Shown: positions 39,828 through 53,734 of the stretch, piece after piece
Layout: each line of letters begins with the position of its first letter
Position numbering within the stretch: position 1 is the stretch's first letter
Source of the DNA: Octopus sinensis
Taxonomy: Eukaryota
Reading direction: 5' to 3'
Assembly: GCF_006345805.1 (NCBI RefSeq)
Contig: NC_042997.1
Span: 32,922,001-32,986,000 of the forward strand
Length of the DNA stretch: 64,000 nt
Program-made: the position numbers and the translations under genes
Notes under the pieces: generated by a model
Told to the model about the DNA's origin: nothing
Seen by the model: only the letters and a program-made list of their open reading frames with translations
The model's database searches: none

Positions 39828-42800
39828 GTGACGTTATGTTTATATTGCATGGAATTATCGTTGTTCTTATTTCCAGGAGATTTCTAAATAAGGGGAGGTA
39901 GTGAGTGATTTTTTCCGGTGTAGGGGAGATAATCGCTTAAAAATTTTTTTTCCTTTTTCCTTGTTAATTTCTCTGTGTCAGTATGTTCGGATGGTTGAGT
40001 CTGGGTTTGTACTTTTCAATGAAGAATGTTTCCTTGTTCAGTCTCATTTGTGTTGATGATCCGAAAGCACATTGGTAAAATGGGAAGATTAAAAATTGTG
40101 GCAGTAGTTGCTTTGCGCATTTCTCAATGTGCTCACTAAAAGGTATCATTCTATATTCTGGGAATGCAATCTGTTGTCGATGCAGTGTGCATCTTCGCCT
40201 GAGTGATAGTCCCGTGGAACCCACGTAGTCTTGGTGGCAGCCCGAGCATTAATAAACATAAATTATGTTTTCAGAGGCACAAGTAAAGTTAGATTTGATC
40301 TTAAATTTCTGTCCCTCTTTAAAGAAAAATTCTGATCCTTCCAATAGGTTAGGACATGTTGCACAGTTCGATCTACCACATTTTTTTACTTTTGCATCCG
40401 TAATTTTAGAAGACAATTTTGCCTTTGTGAGAATCTTTTTAAGTGATTTAGGCTGTTTGTAGCTTTTAATGATTTGGTGTATGTTTAGAATTTCCTTTAA
40501 TTTTGGGTTTTTATGAAGTATTGGTAAATTCTGGGTGATGATGGTGAAGGCTTCTTTGTTTCTGGGGTTGTATGTAGATATGTAAGGTAGTATTTTCGGG
40601 GAAGGTGTGTTGTTGTGTTGAACTTTTCTTAAGTTTCTATGTTGATTTCTGTTGCACGTCTGATCCCATCCTCTATGAGTTGAGCTGGGTAATGTCTGTC
40701 AATTAGGGTGTTTTTGAGTTCTTGCAGTCTAAAGTTCCTGGTATTTTGTTCTGACACTATTGTGCATATCCTTCTTGCAAGGTTGAAGGGGATGTTTGTT
40801 TTAGTGTGTCTTGGGTGGCATGAATTAAAAAGAAGGTATTGTTTGGCGTCTGTGGCTTTGTAAAAAATGTCTGTTTCTATTTTAAGGTTAATTTTTTTAA
40901 TAGTATATCCAAGAACGGGAGCTCCTTTTGGTTGTATTCCATTGTGAACTGTATATTTGGGTTTATGCTGTTCAATAGGTTTTTAAATTTTAGGAGTTTA
41001 TCTATGTTTTCATTCCAGAGAATGAAACATCGTCTAGGAATCGTTTCCAATTCTCTTTTATGTATTGAGAGAGGGAGTTTCCAAAGATGATAGAGATTCC
41101 TGGTAAATGATTATTTCCATGTATCCCATTGTTAAGTTCGCAATGACTGGTGCTGCCCTTGTACCCATAGCAATTCCGGATTTTTGACGGTAAAATGTAT
41201 TGTCAAACATGAAGTGGTTATTGTGTAGGATGAATTCAATTGATTTAGTAATGAATTCCTTACTGATCCTTTTTGGTATTTCTTCCGGAAATTGGTCTAA
41301 CCAGAATTGTATTGCCTCCAGTCCATAATTATGAGGAATACTGGTATACAAGTTGACTACATCAAATGAAACCAGGATTGTTTCTTCCTTGGTTTTTTTT
41401 GGGAGGTGGTTTAACATATCTAAGTCATCTCTGATATGGCTATCGATATGTTTAAGGAAGGGTTTCAAGAGGATGTCCATAAGTAGACTTAGTCTGTGTG
41501 TTTCACAGGTTGGGCCAGCTACAATGGGTCGTAGTTTTAGGTCCCCCGGATTAGGTGTGTGTATGTATGTCTTTGGTGATTTTTAATGGTTTCATTTATA
41601 ATTTGACTTTTATGAATTTTTGGCAGACCATAGAAAAGGCTAGGTTTGCATTTAAAGTTTGTTAGGAAATCAATCTCTTTGGTTGTCAGTTCTTTTCATG
41701 GGTTTTAATTAGTGAAGATAGAGTTTTCATTACTTTTTGTGGGGTGTAGTTGGTAATTTTTTCATAATGTAGGTCTTCATCAAGCAAGGAAATTACAAGA
41801 TTTCTGTAGTATGATGTATCCATTATTACAACTGCATTTCCCTTGTCCGCTTCCTTAATGGTTATATCTTCATCATTTTGGAGTTCTATCAGTTCTTTCC
41901 ATTGTGTAGTGTTAAAATTTGGGTTAGCTTTCTGTTTATGTATAGTATGGTAGGGGAAGTTCTCAATGTGGTTACAGAATTCGTCAAGATCTTTATTTCT
42001 TCCTCTGTGTGGGATGTGTTCACTTTTGTTCTTGACTAGTGATTCATCTTCAGTATTGAAACTGTTTGATGCTTCTGCTAGTCTTAATTTTCTGCAAAAT
42101 TCTATTATATTATCCTTGAGTTCATTTAGGTTTGCTCTGCGTGGAGTGGTGTAAATTTGAGCCCTTTTGCGAGGATGTCAATTTTTATGTTAGAAAGAGG
42201 TTTGGTTGAAAGATTGATTATCTTCGGTTTTTCCTTATTACTAGGTTCCAGCCTGTGTCCTGGTGTCCCTGGTCCCTGGCTAAAAAATGTTGGGTGTAAT
42301 TTTGTTTGTATGAGTTGTCTGTGAGGTTGTGTGGTATTTGGTCGGGGGAGTGGTGGTATTGTTGCCTCCGATCGTTGTGTGTGTGGGGGAATCTATGGTT
42401 GTTAATGCTTGTGGTGTGTGTAAAATTTCTGTATGGGGAATATTTTTGTTTCGAACTTCTTGTATGTGGGATGTTGCTTGACATAGTGTTTCTTTGCGTT
42501 TGTCTTGTGTTTAGGGGGACCAGTAGTTTTGGTTCATGGGGTAGTAGTGATTTGTGTGTGGTGTATTTCTTATCCTAGTGTCGTATTGTGCTGTATGGTG
42601 GTTGGGTCTGGTATTAGGATGTTGTTGGTTTGTTCTGTTTTTGGTGTAATTTCTTTCATAGACGCGTCCTCTTTCAGCTAGTTCCCTGTTAGGTCTAGCG
42701 TGGTTTGTAAAGGTTGGTTGTGGGTGATTTCTGTTTTTAGTGTATGGAGGATAGTTGGGGGTTGTTCGTGGGTTGTTAGGTTTTTCTTTTTTATTTATTG

Positions 42801-43446
42801 TAATTTTCTTAAGGAAGCTACAAACAGCCTAAATCACTTAAAAAGATTCTCACAAAGGCAAATTGTCTTCTAAAATTACGGATGCAAAAGTAAAAAAATG
42901 TGGTAGATCGAACTGTGCAACATGTCCTAACCTATTGGAAGGATCAGAATTTTTCTTTAAAGAGGGACAGAAATTTAAGATCAAATCTAACTTTACTTGT
43001 GCCTCTGAAACACTAATTTATGTTATTAAATGCTCGGGCTGCCACCAGACTACGTGGGTCCACGGGACTATCACTCAGGCGAAGATGCACACTGCATCGA
43101 CAACAGATTGCATTCCCAGAATATAGAATGATACCTTTTAGTGAGCACATTGAGAAATGCGCAAAGCAACTACTGCCACAATTTTTAATCTTCCCATTTT
43201 ACCAATGTGCTTTCGGATCATCAACACAAATGAGACTGAACAAGGAAACATTCTTCATTGAAAAGTACAAACCCAGACTCAACCATCCGAACATACTGAC
43301 ACAGAGAAATTAACAAGGAAAAAGGAAAAAAAATTTTTAAGCGATTATCTCCCCTACACCGGAAAAAATCACTCACTACCTCCCCTTATTTAGAATCTCC
43401 TGGAAATAAAAAACGATAATTCCATGCAATATAAACATAACGTCAC

Positions 43447-43486
43447 AAGAAATTTGAAAAGCTACACGCGAAACCGGTAATTTCTT
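43447..43486 (+). ncRNA. Minimal hammerhead motif, U3-A8 variant, in the PLE terminal repeat
   Basis: AAGAAAT-TTGAAAA-GC-TACAC-GC-GAAAC-CG-GTA-ATTTCTT: 7-bp stem I, palindromic ACCGGT stem III, GUA triplet. Confidence 0.7.
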
Positions 43487-43662
43487 TAAAAATTTTAAAA
43501 ATTATGTCATTTTAAGGAAAGGAAAAAAAATTTTTCCAATATCTCCAGACATTTTGACACAAATATATATATTTTTTAACATTTAAGCCTTCTGTCGTTT
43601 TTTCACACTTTACTATTTTCTTATATATTCACCCACGTGCTTTACCAAACAAACTTTCTTAT

Positions 43663-43695
<33 letters not shown>

Positions 43696-44415
43696 CGACA
43701 GGCTTCTTTCAGTTTCCGTTTACCAAATCCACTCACAAGGCATTGGTTGGCCCGGGGCTATAGCAGAAAACACTTGCCCAAGATGCCACGCAGTGGGACT
43801 GAACCCGGAACCATGTAGTTGGTTAGCAAGCTACTTACCACACAGCCACTCCTGCGCCTATATTATGCTAACATTAACAAAATGCCTCTTCCACTGCTTG
43901 TATCGATCTGTTACAACTTGATGAAGTTTGCATTGGTAAATTATTGGCATTAAGTTTGTTATACTATCATCAATTAAATTAATGGTTTTGTAAAGTAAAA
44001 AAAAAAAAATGTCTATAGCAAATTCAACCAGGATATTCAAGTAGAACTCGAGCAGTAATGGCGATGCCACTTCAAATTTACTTCCCATTCGAGAATCATG
44101 TCATACACAATTGTTGTAGATATAATAGAGAATATTTATCACTATCATAAATATCTCATTAGATAGCTAAACAGCAATTACATAGACATGTACATACATG
44201 TTTGCATGTGTATGTATGTGTGTGTGTGTGTGTGTGTACACGTATGTACTTGTTTCAGTCATTAGACTGTGCTCAAGGGTTTAGTTGAGCAATTCAAGCC
44301 CAGTACATTTAAAACAAAAATGTATGGTACTTATTCTATTGGTCTCTTTTTGCTGAGCCACTAAGTTATAGGGACATAAGTAAAACAGCAATATGTACAT
44401 ACACACATGTATATA

Positions 44416-45737
44416 CAGGGTGTCTGTAAAGTCTTTTTACAATTTCAAAAATTTATTACAAAAGCAAATAAACAGATAAATCTGTGGAAATTATTACAAA
44501 ATGAGGAGTAGACACTGAAGTTTTTTTGCCTCATTTAATACATCCCTATACAGGCATCATAAATTGCATGAAGCACATCAAGGCAGTAATCAAATTCTTG
44601 CCATTTCACTATGGCATAGCTTTATCAATGGTGACAATGGCATCAGTGATTCTTTGCTTCAAGTCATTGATGTCCTGTATTTTTGTTTGATACATAATGT
44701 CTTTAACATTAGCCCCATAGAAAAAGTCCAAGATAGTGATATCCGAGGAATGAGGTGGGCTGAGAATTGAGCCATCCTTTCAAATCCACCGGTCTGGAAA
44801 TGTTTGATTTAGGAACCCACAAACATGCAGACTCCAATATGGTGGTGCACCATCCTGCTGGAATACGATGGTTGGTTGAAAGTCATCCAGTTGTGGTGCC
44901 ACATATTCAGTCAGGGTTAAAATTTAAAGAAATTGATCTCCCTATGTAGAAAAACGAACCAATGCACATTGTCCCAAACCAAAACATTCACCTTTGGTCT
45001 ATCTCGGTGAAGTTCCTTAGTCACATGGGGATGTTCTGATCCCCAAATCCTCACATTATGTGTGTTCAGTTTCCTTGAAGCAAGAAAAGTTGCCTCATCA
45101 CTAACTTGAGTGAGGAACTCTGCATCCTTAGAAATTTGGTCCAGCATGTTAGCTGCAAACTCATTTTATCTTGGTTTATCATTTGGTTTGAGTGCCTGAA
45201 AGAGTTGTACATTGTAAGAGTACAATCACAAGTTCTTGTATAGGACTTTGTACACTGTTAAGTGTGGTGGCTATAACTGTCTGGCAGCAGTATGTATGGA
45301 CTTTGTAGGAGAACAAGCAAATGCTTGTCTTACATGATTGATGTTTCCCTCAGATAATTTTGGTCGTCTGCTCCTTCCTTTATCTGACATTGTATCTGTT
45401 TCCATAAATTTCTTGTGTCATGCACGAATTGATGGTCGTGATGGCGGATGTCTTCCATACTTAATCCTGTAGTTTTGCTGGGTCTGCGTGTCCGATTTTG
45501 TTTCAATAAACTACGACACACACTGTGCCTTTTCTTGACGAGTAGCCATTTTTTTAGGGTTTCATTTAACACAACCTTTTTCCATCAACAGGGTCAAGGT
45601 ACCTGAAAAACTCAAGTGCAAAGTGGTTAAATACATTGATAACCCCTGAGTACATAGAACAAATCTGATAAATATATCCCATCAAATGCTTTTGCAATAA
45701 ATTTTTGAAATTGCAAAGAGACTTTATGGACACCTTG
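44416..45737 (-). mobile_element. Tc1/mariner-superfamily transposon, full length but decayed (DUF4817-type HTH plus DDD catalytic domain)
   Basis: TA flanks; ~50-bp TIRs CAGGGTGTC..AAAGTCT..CAATTTCAAAAATTTATT; ATG at 45549 MATRQEKAQCV; SDEATF, NVRIWG, QQDGAPP. Confidence 0.92.
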
Positions 45738-45744
45738 TATATAT

Positions 45745-46153
45745 AGGCGCAGGAGTGGCTGTGTGGTAAGTAGCTTGCTTACCAACCACATGGTTCCGGG
45801 TTCAGTCCCACTGCGTGGCATCTTGGGCAAGTGTCTTCTGCTATAGCCTCGGGTCGACCAATGCCTTGTGAGTGGATTTGGTAGACAGAAACTAAAAGAA
45901 GCCCGTCGTATATATGTATGTATATATATATATGTATGTGTATGTATATGTTTGTGTGTCTGTATTTGTCCCCCCACCATCGCTTGACAACCGATGCTGG
46001 TGTGTTTATGTCCCCGTCACTTAGCGGTTCGGCAAAAAGAAACCGATAGAATAAGTACTGGGCTTACAAAGAATAAGTCCCGGGGTCGATTTGCTCGACT
46101 AAAGGTGGTGCTCCAGCATGGCTGCAGTCAAATGACTGAAACAAATAAAAGAG
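45745..46153 (+). mobile_element. SINE-A, full length
   Basis: Homology to the other copies. Confidence 0.93.
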
Positions 46154-46904
46154 TATATGCATATATGTCTCTATTATTAATATCTTATTGGATAAGGGAA
46201 CAACAAACATGTATAAACATATACACAGATGTATATATGTGTGTTTGTGTGTGCATATGTATGAATTATACTAGTATATATGTGTGTGTATGTACACACC
46301 TCCACACACATATACATTCAAACACGTTATTTTTAATTTGATTTACATTTTAAAGCAGGAGTTTGAGAACAATGAAAATTTTCAATATAAAGTCACTGTT
46401 TTTTATGTCATCACTGTAATTTCATAGAAACCAGACTAATTAATTACATGTTGGTTGATAGGTGGGTGTGTTTTTCAGCTATGCTGATGAATATCTTTTT
46501 TTGACCCTTAAATTCTCTTAATCCTTCTTATCTTTTCTATATACTACAGAAAGTAAAGGGCAACAATGGTTAGAAGTCTGTTTGTGTGCGTGTGTGGCGT
46601 TTTGTATGTATACTTTTATAGACAATAGATGCAGGCATGCTTATGTGGTTAAAATGTTCACACTGGAATCTCAAGGTTTTAGGGGTCGTTCCCATTTTGA
46701 ATAGTCAGCTGGTGTCTTCTACTATAATATTGAGTTAACCATTTTTTTGTGAGTGAAATCCAGTTGACGGAAATTGTAAGAAGCTTATTGTGTATGAGTG
46801 TTTGTGTGTATGAGTGTTTGTGTGTGTGTGTGCTTCTTGTCTTAATGTCATACACTAATTGTAATCAAAAGTCACTCATAAAATGGTGTCATTTGTTTAC
46901 AAAT

Positions 46905-49900
46905 ATCATCATCACCTTCATCATCATTTAACATCCGTTTTTCCATACTGGCATGAGTTGGACAGTTTGACTGGGGACTGTCAAACCAGGAGGCTGCACC
47001 AGGCTCCAATCTGATCTGGCAAGGTTTCTACAGCTGGATGCCCTTCCTAACGCTAACCACACTGAGCGTGTATGGGTGTCTTTTATGTGCCACCAGCACT
47101 GGAACCAGAGGGATGGCACTGGCATCGGCCACATTTGGATGATGCCTTTTACGTGCCACCAGCACAGGAGCCAGTTGGGGCAAGGGAGCTGGCATTGACC
47201 ACGTTCAGATGGTGCCTTTTACATGCCACTGGAATGGGGAGCCAGTCTGGTGGCGCTGGCATCAACCCATGCATGAATGGTGCTTATTGCATGCCAGCAG
47301 CATGCAATAAGCACCACAACTACAATTTCCATTTGAATTTGATTTTACTTGACTCAGTGGGTCTCCTCGAGCATGGTGTGTTGCCCAATAATTCAAAGGT
47401 ACTTTTTAAATGGGGTGGTTATGCAACACTGGTATAGGCTACGGTTGTGATCTCACTTTACTTTGCCCAGTCTTCTCAATCACAGCATATCTCCAGAGGT
47501 CTTGGTCTTTTGTCATTGCCTCTGTGAGGCCCAACGTTTGAAGTTTGTGCTTCACCACCTCATCCCATGTCTTCCTGGATCTCTCTCTTCCATGGGCTCC
47601 TTCCACTGTTTGGGAGTGACACTTCTTCACACAGCTCTCCTCATCCATATGCAGCACATGACCATAGCAGTGCAGTCATCTCTCTTGCACACCACATCTG
47701 ATGCTTCTTATGTCCAACATTTCTCTCGGGCACTTACACTTTGTTGTGTGTGCACACTGACATTACACATCCAGCGGATCGTGTTAACTTCATTTCTTTC
47801 AAGCCCACATTTCTTTCAAGTCATGGCCCACGTTTCACTGACGTGTAGCATGACAGTTCGCACACATGCATCATACAGTCTACCATTCATTCTGAGCAAG
47901 AGGCCCTTTGTCACCTGCAGAAGTAGGAGCTTTCAGAACTTTGCCCAGGCTATTCTTATTCTAGTGGCAATGCTCTCAGAGCATCCACCCCCACTACAGA
48001 CTTAGTCACCTAGGTAGCAGAGGCTATCAACTACTTCTAGTTCTCCCCTTGGCATGTGATGGAATCTGTTTTCTGAACATCTTCGGTGTTCATTACCCCT
48101 GTGCATTTTTCACACACAAACACTGTCATCCTGGTTAACCTTCCTTTGATGTTGTTGCACCTCTTATGCGTCCATAGCTTACTCTGGGTACATCGTATGG
48201 AGTTTCTACCTACACCTTTTCTACAGACTGAGCAAGGCCATCTACCTGAAGAGGTTTGTGATTTGTTCGCCATCCTATTTACTAGGACTTTGGATTTTGC
48301 GACATAGACTCTTAGGTCCTTTGATTCTAAACCTTGCTTCTACACCTGAAATTTCTTCTAGTTTTTCTCTAATTCACCTATGAGAGCAAGGTCATCAGTA
48401 TAGTGAAGCTCCCAGGGGCAGCCTGTCTTCAATTTCTCTGTTATTGCCTGGAGGACTATGATGAATAAGAGGGGCTGAGGACTGATCCTCGGTGAACACC
48501 TACTTCTATCCAGAATTCTTCACTATACTCACTGCTGACCCTGACCTTACTGACAGCATCCCTGTACATCTTACTAACCACTCATCTATCCCTAGTTTCT
48601 GCATAGCCCACCAGATAAGGGATTGGGGGGACCCTGTCAAAGGCTTTCTCCAAGTCAAGAAAAGCCAAGTATAGGGGTTTATCTTTGGCTAGGTATTTCT
48701 CCTGCAGTTGCCTTACCAGAAATATAGCATCAGTGGTGCTTCTGCCTGGCACAGAACCAAACTGCATCTCATCTAGGCTGATTCTCTCCCTAATTAGTAG
48801 GGCTATGACCATCTACATGACCTTCATCACCTGATCCAGCAGTTTGATACCCCTGTAGTTACTTCTACCTAAAGCATCACCTTTACCTTTATAGCAGTTG
48901 ACTATGGTGCTGCTACACCAGTCATTGAGTATAACTCCTTCATGAACTACCTAGTTTACAATACAGGTGACTAGACTATAACCCACACCACCAGATATTT
49001 TAAGCATCTCAGCAGTGATTCCTGATGGCCCGGGGGCTTTTTCTGACTTCATATCCTTAATTGCTTTATCTACCAGGGTGCTGTCTATTTGGATAGTTGG
49101 TCTCTCAACTGGATCAACATTTGGCAGGCTCTCCTCCTCCCATTCATTCTCTACATTCAGCAGCCTTTCATAATGGTATCTCCAAGCCTCTTTCTTTGCA
49201 GAATCATTGAAAGCAAGTGCACCATCATCCATGCAGACACATTTCTCGCCTGTAACATCACAATATTCTCTCACACACTGTCTTGCAATCCGAAATACTT
49301 TAGCTCTTTGGTCCTCATGTTGCTGAACATTGGCAAACTTCTTCTTTTCTGCTTCTCCCTTGGCTATATATATGTCCCCCAGCCTCCCTTCTAGGTATCT
49401 GGTACAGTTCCCTGCTACCCCCACTCTTCCGGGTTTTTCAGGCCTGTATCTTTGCTCTAATGGCTCTTTCTACTATATTATTCCACCACCACGTTATCCT
49501 AGGTCTGGAAGGGACTTTGCACCAGTTGCAGATTTGGTCTGTGGCACTCAGTAAGCTGTCATGTAGGAATTTTCAGTTACCCTCTATGTCACAAGTCTGT
49601 AGATCCTCCTCCTTCTCATCAAATTTCTCAATGAGGATGTCCCTAAATCCCTGATCATGTGAAGGATTCTTAAGCTTCCAAGTCCTTCTTTTGCGGATTG
49701 GTCTGCTTTTTGGCATCCTTCTGGCCTCGAGTCTAAAGTCACTAATGACTAGTCTATGCTGAGGGGTACATTCTTAATCAGGGAGGGTCTTTGTATTTAA
49801 GAGCAACCATGCATTCCGCTGTCTGGTGAGGATGAAATCAATCAGGCTAGCGGATTTGCCAGATTGATAGGTTATCAGGTGGCTGTCTGGCTTCCTGAAG

Positions 49901-50310
49901 TTGGTGTTGCAGATTAATAGGTTATTTGCATCACAGAACTTCAGTAGCCTAGTTCCCTCTTCATTTCAGGAACCAATTCCATGGCCCCCATGAACACCAT
50001 GGAAGATACCAGATTGCTGTCCGACATGCCTATTAAAATCTCCAGCCACAAAGATGTGGTCATTGCCACTAGTCTTTGAGGTAGCCTGTAGAAGGATATC
50101 ATAAAAGTGGTCCTTCTGATCGTTTGGTAGGCCCACTTGTGGGGTGTAGGTAGAGATAATTGTAGATATACTATTCTGCAAGACTAGTCTGAGCTTAAAC
50201 ACTCTATTACACACCCTGACTACCTTTATGACCTTATACACCCATTTCTCTGCAAGGAGTATGCTTACAACCCCTACTCCATCACTGTTACCTTCCCAGA
50301 AGAACCTCTA
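46905..50310 (-). mobile_element. RTE-clade LINE, 5'-truncated and decayed (APE endonuclease, RT, PHD finger, 3' UTR, (GAT)n tail)
   Basis: YTPQVG..GDFN.HVG and IDFIL (APE); KAPGPSG, QFG..PGRSTTDAIF, FLDLEKAFDRVP, YTDD, YLG (RT); KTWDEVV; stops and frameshifts. Confidence 0.93.
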
Positions 50311-50536
50311 CAAAGAAATTTAAAAATAGGAAGTATCCAGCCATCCATCAAACTGTTTGTTGATTGAAGGACTAGGAGGAAATATTATATTATTTCACTA
50401 GGAAACAGGCAAGAGTTTGTGAGCCAGCCATAGAAATAACTGCCTCTACAAGTTTTGTCTGAAGACCCATACAAGCATGGAAAAGTACAAATTAAAATGA
50501 TGAAGCAATGAGGATGATAGAGTTGTACCTCCCACG

Positions 50537-50586
<50 letters not shown>

Positions 50587-50619
50587 GTGTGTATGTGTAT
50601 GTGTGTATATATGAATATA

Positions 50620-50850
50620 TATTTCTTTACTACCCACAAGGGGCTAAACATAGAGGGGACAAACAAGGACAGACAAAAGGATTGAGTCAATTACATCGAC
50701 CCAGTGTGTAACTGGTACTTTATTTATCGACCCCGAGAGGATGAAAGGCAAAGTCGACCTCGGCGGAATTTGAACTCAGAACGTAACGACAGACGAAATA
50801 CGGCTACGCATTTCACCCGGCGCGCTAATGTTTCTGCCAGCTCGCCACCT
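50620..50850 (-). mobile_element. SINE-B
   Basis: Reverse complement of 1174-1406. Confidence 0.92.
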
Positions 50851-50869
50851 TAATATATGAATATATGCT

Positions 50870-51625
50870 TCACTGGATGTACAGTGTCAGTGTGCATGTT
50901 CAACAGAGTGTAAGCATCTTGAGAGAAAAGTTAAGCATAAGAGGAATCAAATGTGGTGTGCAAGAGAGGTCACTGCACTAATATGGTCATGTGATGCATA
51001 TGGATGAGGACAGCTGTGTAAAGATGTACTGGTCTCTAACTGTGGAGGGAACCTATGGTAGAGGTAGACCCAAGAAGACATGGGACGAGGTGGTGAAGCA
51101 TGATCTTTGAGCATCACAGAGGCAATAATGCCTGAGACCTTTGGTAGTGAACTGTGCTTGAGAGGACCTGTCAAGCCAAGTGCACCCATGCTGGTAGCAT
51201 GTAGAGAACATCTTTTGAACGTTGGGCCTCACGGAAGCAAAGTGGCTGAGTTTCTTTCGAGGGTTGGGCTTCACAGAGGCAATGACCAAGACCTTTGGCA
51301 TTATGCTGTGCTTGAGAAGAAGACCCATCAAGCCAAGCAAAATCACATTTGTGGAAGATATCGGTGTCATGCAAACTGGTGCCTATGCTGGTAGCATGTA
51401 AATGCACCCTGGTGTCACTTAAATGGCACCTGTGCCAGTGACATGTAAAAGCACCCATTACACTCTCAGAGTGGTTGGTGTTAGGAAGGGCATCCAACCG
51501 TAGAAAACCATGCCAAATCAGACTGGAATCTGGTGGAGCCTTCCAGCGTGCCACCCCAAACAAACCGTCCAACCCATGCCAGGATGGACAATGGACGTTA
51601 AATGATGTTGCTGATGATGATGATG
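50870..51625 (+). mobile_element. RTE 3' fragment with internal duplication
   Basis: GHVMH.DEDS, RGRPKKTWDEVV, then the 3' UTR and (GAT)n tail. Confidence 0.85.
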
Positions 51626-51698
51626 TATGTAAATGAAGACGTAAATGGTTAGTACTGCCTAGTACAAATCCAACCTAATTCGATTCGGTTAAGCTAAT

Positions 51699-51756
<58 letters not shown>

Positions 51757-52774
51757 AACTAAATGTGATTTTTTTCCCCCCTTCTTAGTAACTCAGATCT
51801 CATATCTACTAAATTTATAATGCAGACTGCATGAGCCACTGATATTTATGTTGATATTTTTATGAAAGAAAGGAGAAAAGTTATGCTCCTTAATGCTGCC
51901 ACTGGGTGATTTTGTAAATGATACTTTATCTTAAAATATTTTTCTTGGTTTAATTTCACTAATTCTTTTCATGAATTCAACAAGGAAGCAACCAGACTAG
52001 TCAAAGAGAAAGAAGTTTAGTGACTCCCTTGAAACAAATTTGGACTATATTTAGTCCTGTGATATGAAATTGTTCATTTTAACATGTTCATATTTAGATT
52101 AAAGCTTTATATCATAATTTTATAGGAGAATATTTTGGCCATTTATGTTCTAAACCAACTTGGTAACAACAGACAACAATTATTTTACTTAAATCACTCC
52201 AAATTCTTGAGTATTTTCAAAATGATTTTGGGAAAAGCTAGAAATATGACCATGAAAAGTTTAAACTTCTAATTGTTCTGATTATCATGGCAGTAAGAAT
52301 GGTAATGAATTGGCAGAATACAAGCATGGCACTAAACTATTTTTAGTATTTATCAATATCTAAATTTGACCCTTTTTGACCTCTGTTCAAATTCCATCAG
52401 TCAACTTCCAGGGTCAATAGACCAAGTACATTAATATAATGAAGAGAGAAGACTGGGCTACTTAAGTTTATTTTTACTTCCTCTTCATCCACAGTTGGCC
52501 CTATATATATATGTATGTGTGTGTGTGTGTGTGTGTGTGCACGTCTCTGTGTATCTATCTATATGTGTGTGTGTGTGTACATTACACATATACACACACA
52601 CACACACACCTAGTCAGACAACATAAATTATAAGAACAATGTATATAAATTCATGTGTTTTTGAACTTTAGTATATACATTGTGCAGTTTCATGACTTGT
52701 TCTTTCAGTTTAATGCCTCCATGGTAACTTCTTTCAAAAGCACTTCCTTTGTCATTGTGTTCATAATACTGCTA

Positions 52775-53090
52775 CTATACAAGTCACCATTGAGGTCAAT
52801 GTATTCCTGATTAATTATACAAGTAACATGTGGTGTATGTCCTACTTTGTCTTGTATTTTTAGCAGCTTGACTACCTTGATAAGCTTGTTCCTTTCCTTA
52901 CCTTGTCATTCTTAATGTCTCTTTCTACTATATAACAGTCAATCTCAACAGTTGGTCTCTCTGTTAAGTCCATTTACATTAATTCCTCTTTACTCACAAG
53001 CTCTCCTTAACCAGTATCTGCTCATAGTATTGTTTACTCGTAACTTCTCAGCATCTGTGAGGGTGAGTGTGCTGCTATCATTTCATATGT
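52775..53090 (-). mobile_element. Very old RTE ORF fragment
   Basis: ERPTVEID..VERDIK resembles VERPTIQIDSTLVDKAIK of the 48951-49424 ORF. Confidence 0.45.
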
Positions 53091-53328
53091 ATTGTTCAAC
53101 AGAACTGTTCTAATATATTTTGATACATTATACATGTCCCTCATCTGATTATATATATCTTTTATCTTCTACTTGTTTCAGCCATTAGACTGTGCTGAAG
53201 GCTTTAGTTGAACAATTCAACCCCAACTTATTCTATTGGTCTCTTTTTGCTGAGCCATTAAGTTATGGGGACATAAACAAAACAACACCAGTTGTTAAAT
53301 GGTTTGGGTGACACACACACACACTCTA

Positions 53329-53362
<34 letters not shown>

Positions 53363-53734
53363 CTCTCTTTTACTTGTTTCAGTTATTTGACTGCGGCCAT
53401 GCTGGAGCACCGCCTTTATATATACATTTATATATATATATGATGAGTTTTTTAAGCTACAAATCACAGACCATCTCCAAATACATTCTTTCTTTCTTTC
53501 TACTTTCTTTTCCCTTTTCTGTCCTTCTTTATGTCTTCCTCTCTTTCTTTCTCTCTTCCCTACTTTCCTCTTTTCTCTTTCTTCATTTTCTAACCAAAAC
53601 ATCCTTTTTTAGATTTGTATAAAAGGTAAAGAAATTTTTTGTAAAATTTATATTTGAGGAGTCTTCATGACTGAAACAAGAATTATCCAAAATTCTGACT
53701 ACTACCTTTTTCTTTATATATATATATATATTCG

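Larger units (their letters stand above)
39645..43670 (-). mobile_element. Penelope-like element (RT + GIY-YIG endonuclease): main copy on minus, inverted 3' copy at 42815-43670 on plus
   Basis: KEADKGNAVV, FYGLPKIHK, LRPIVAG, SFDVVNLYTSIP, GIAMGT, LPFLD, YLLFNSCHP, CATC..FTCASETLIYVIKCSGC; ~820-bp inverted arms 39645-40465 and 42815-43628. Confidence 0.93.
39415..43858 (-). mobile_element. SINE-A split by the Penelope-like element (halves 39415-39644 and about 43670-43858)
   Basis: The two halves are collinear and join at the internal (TA)n. Confidence 0.88.
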
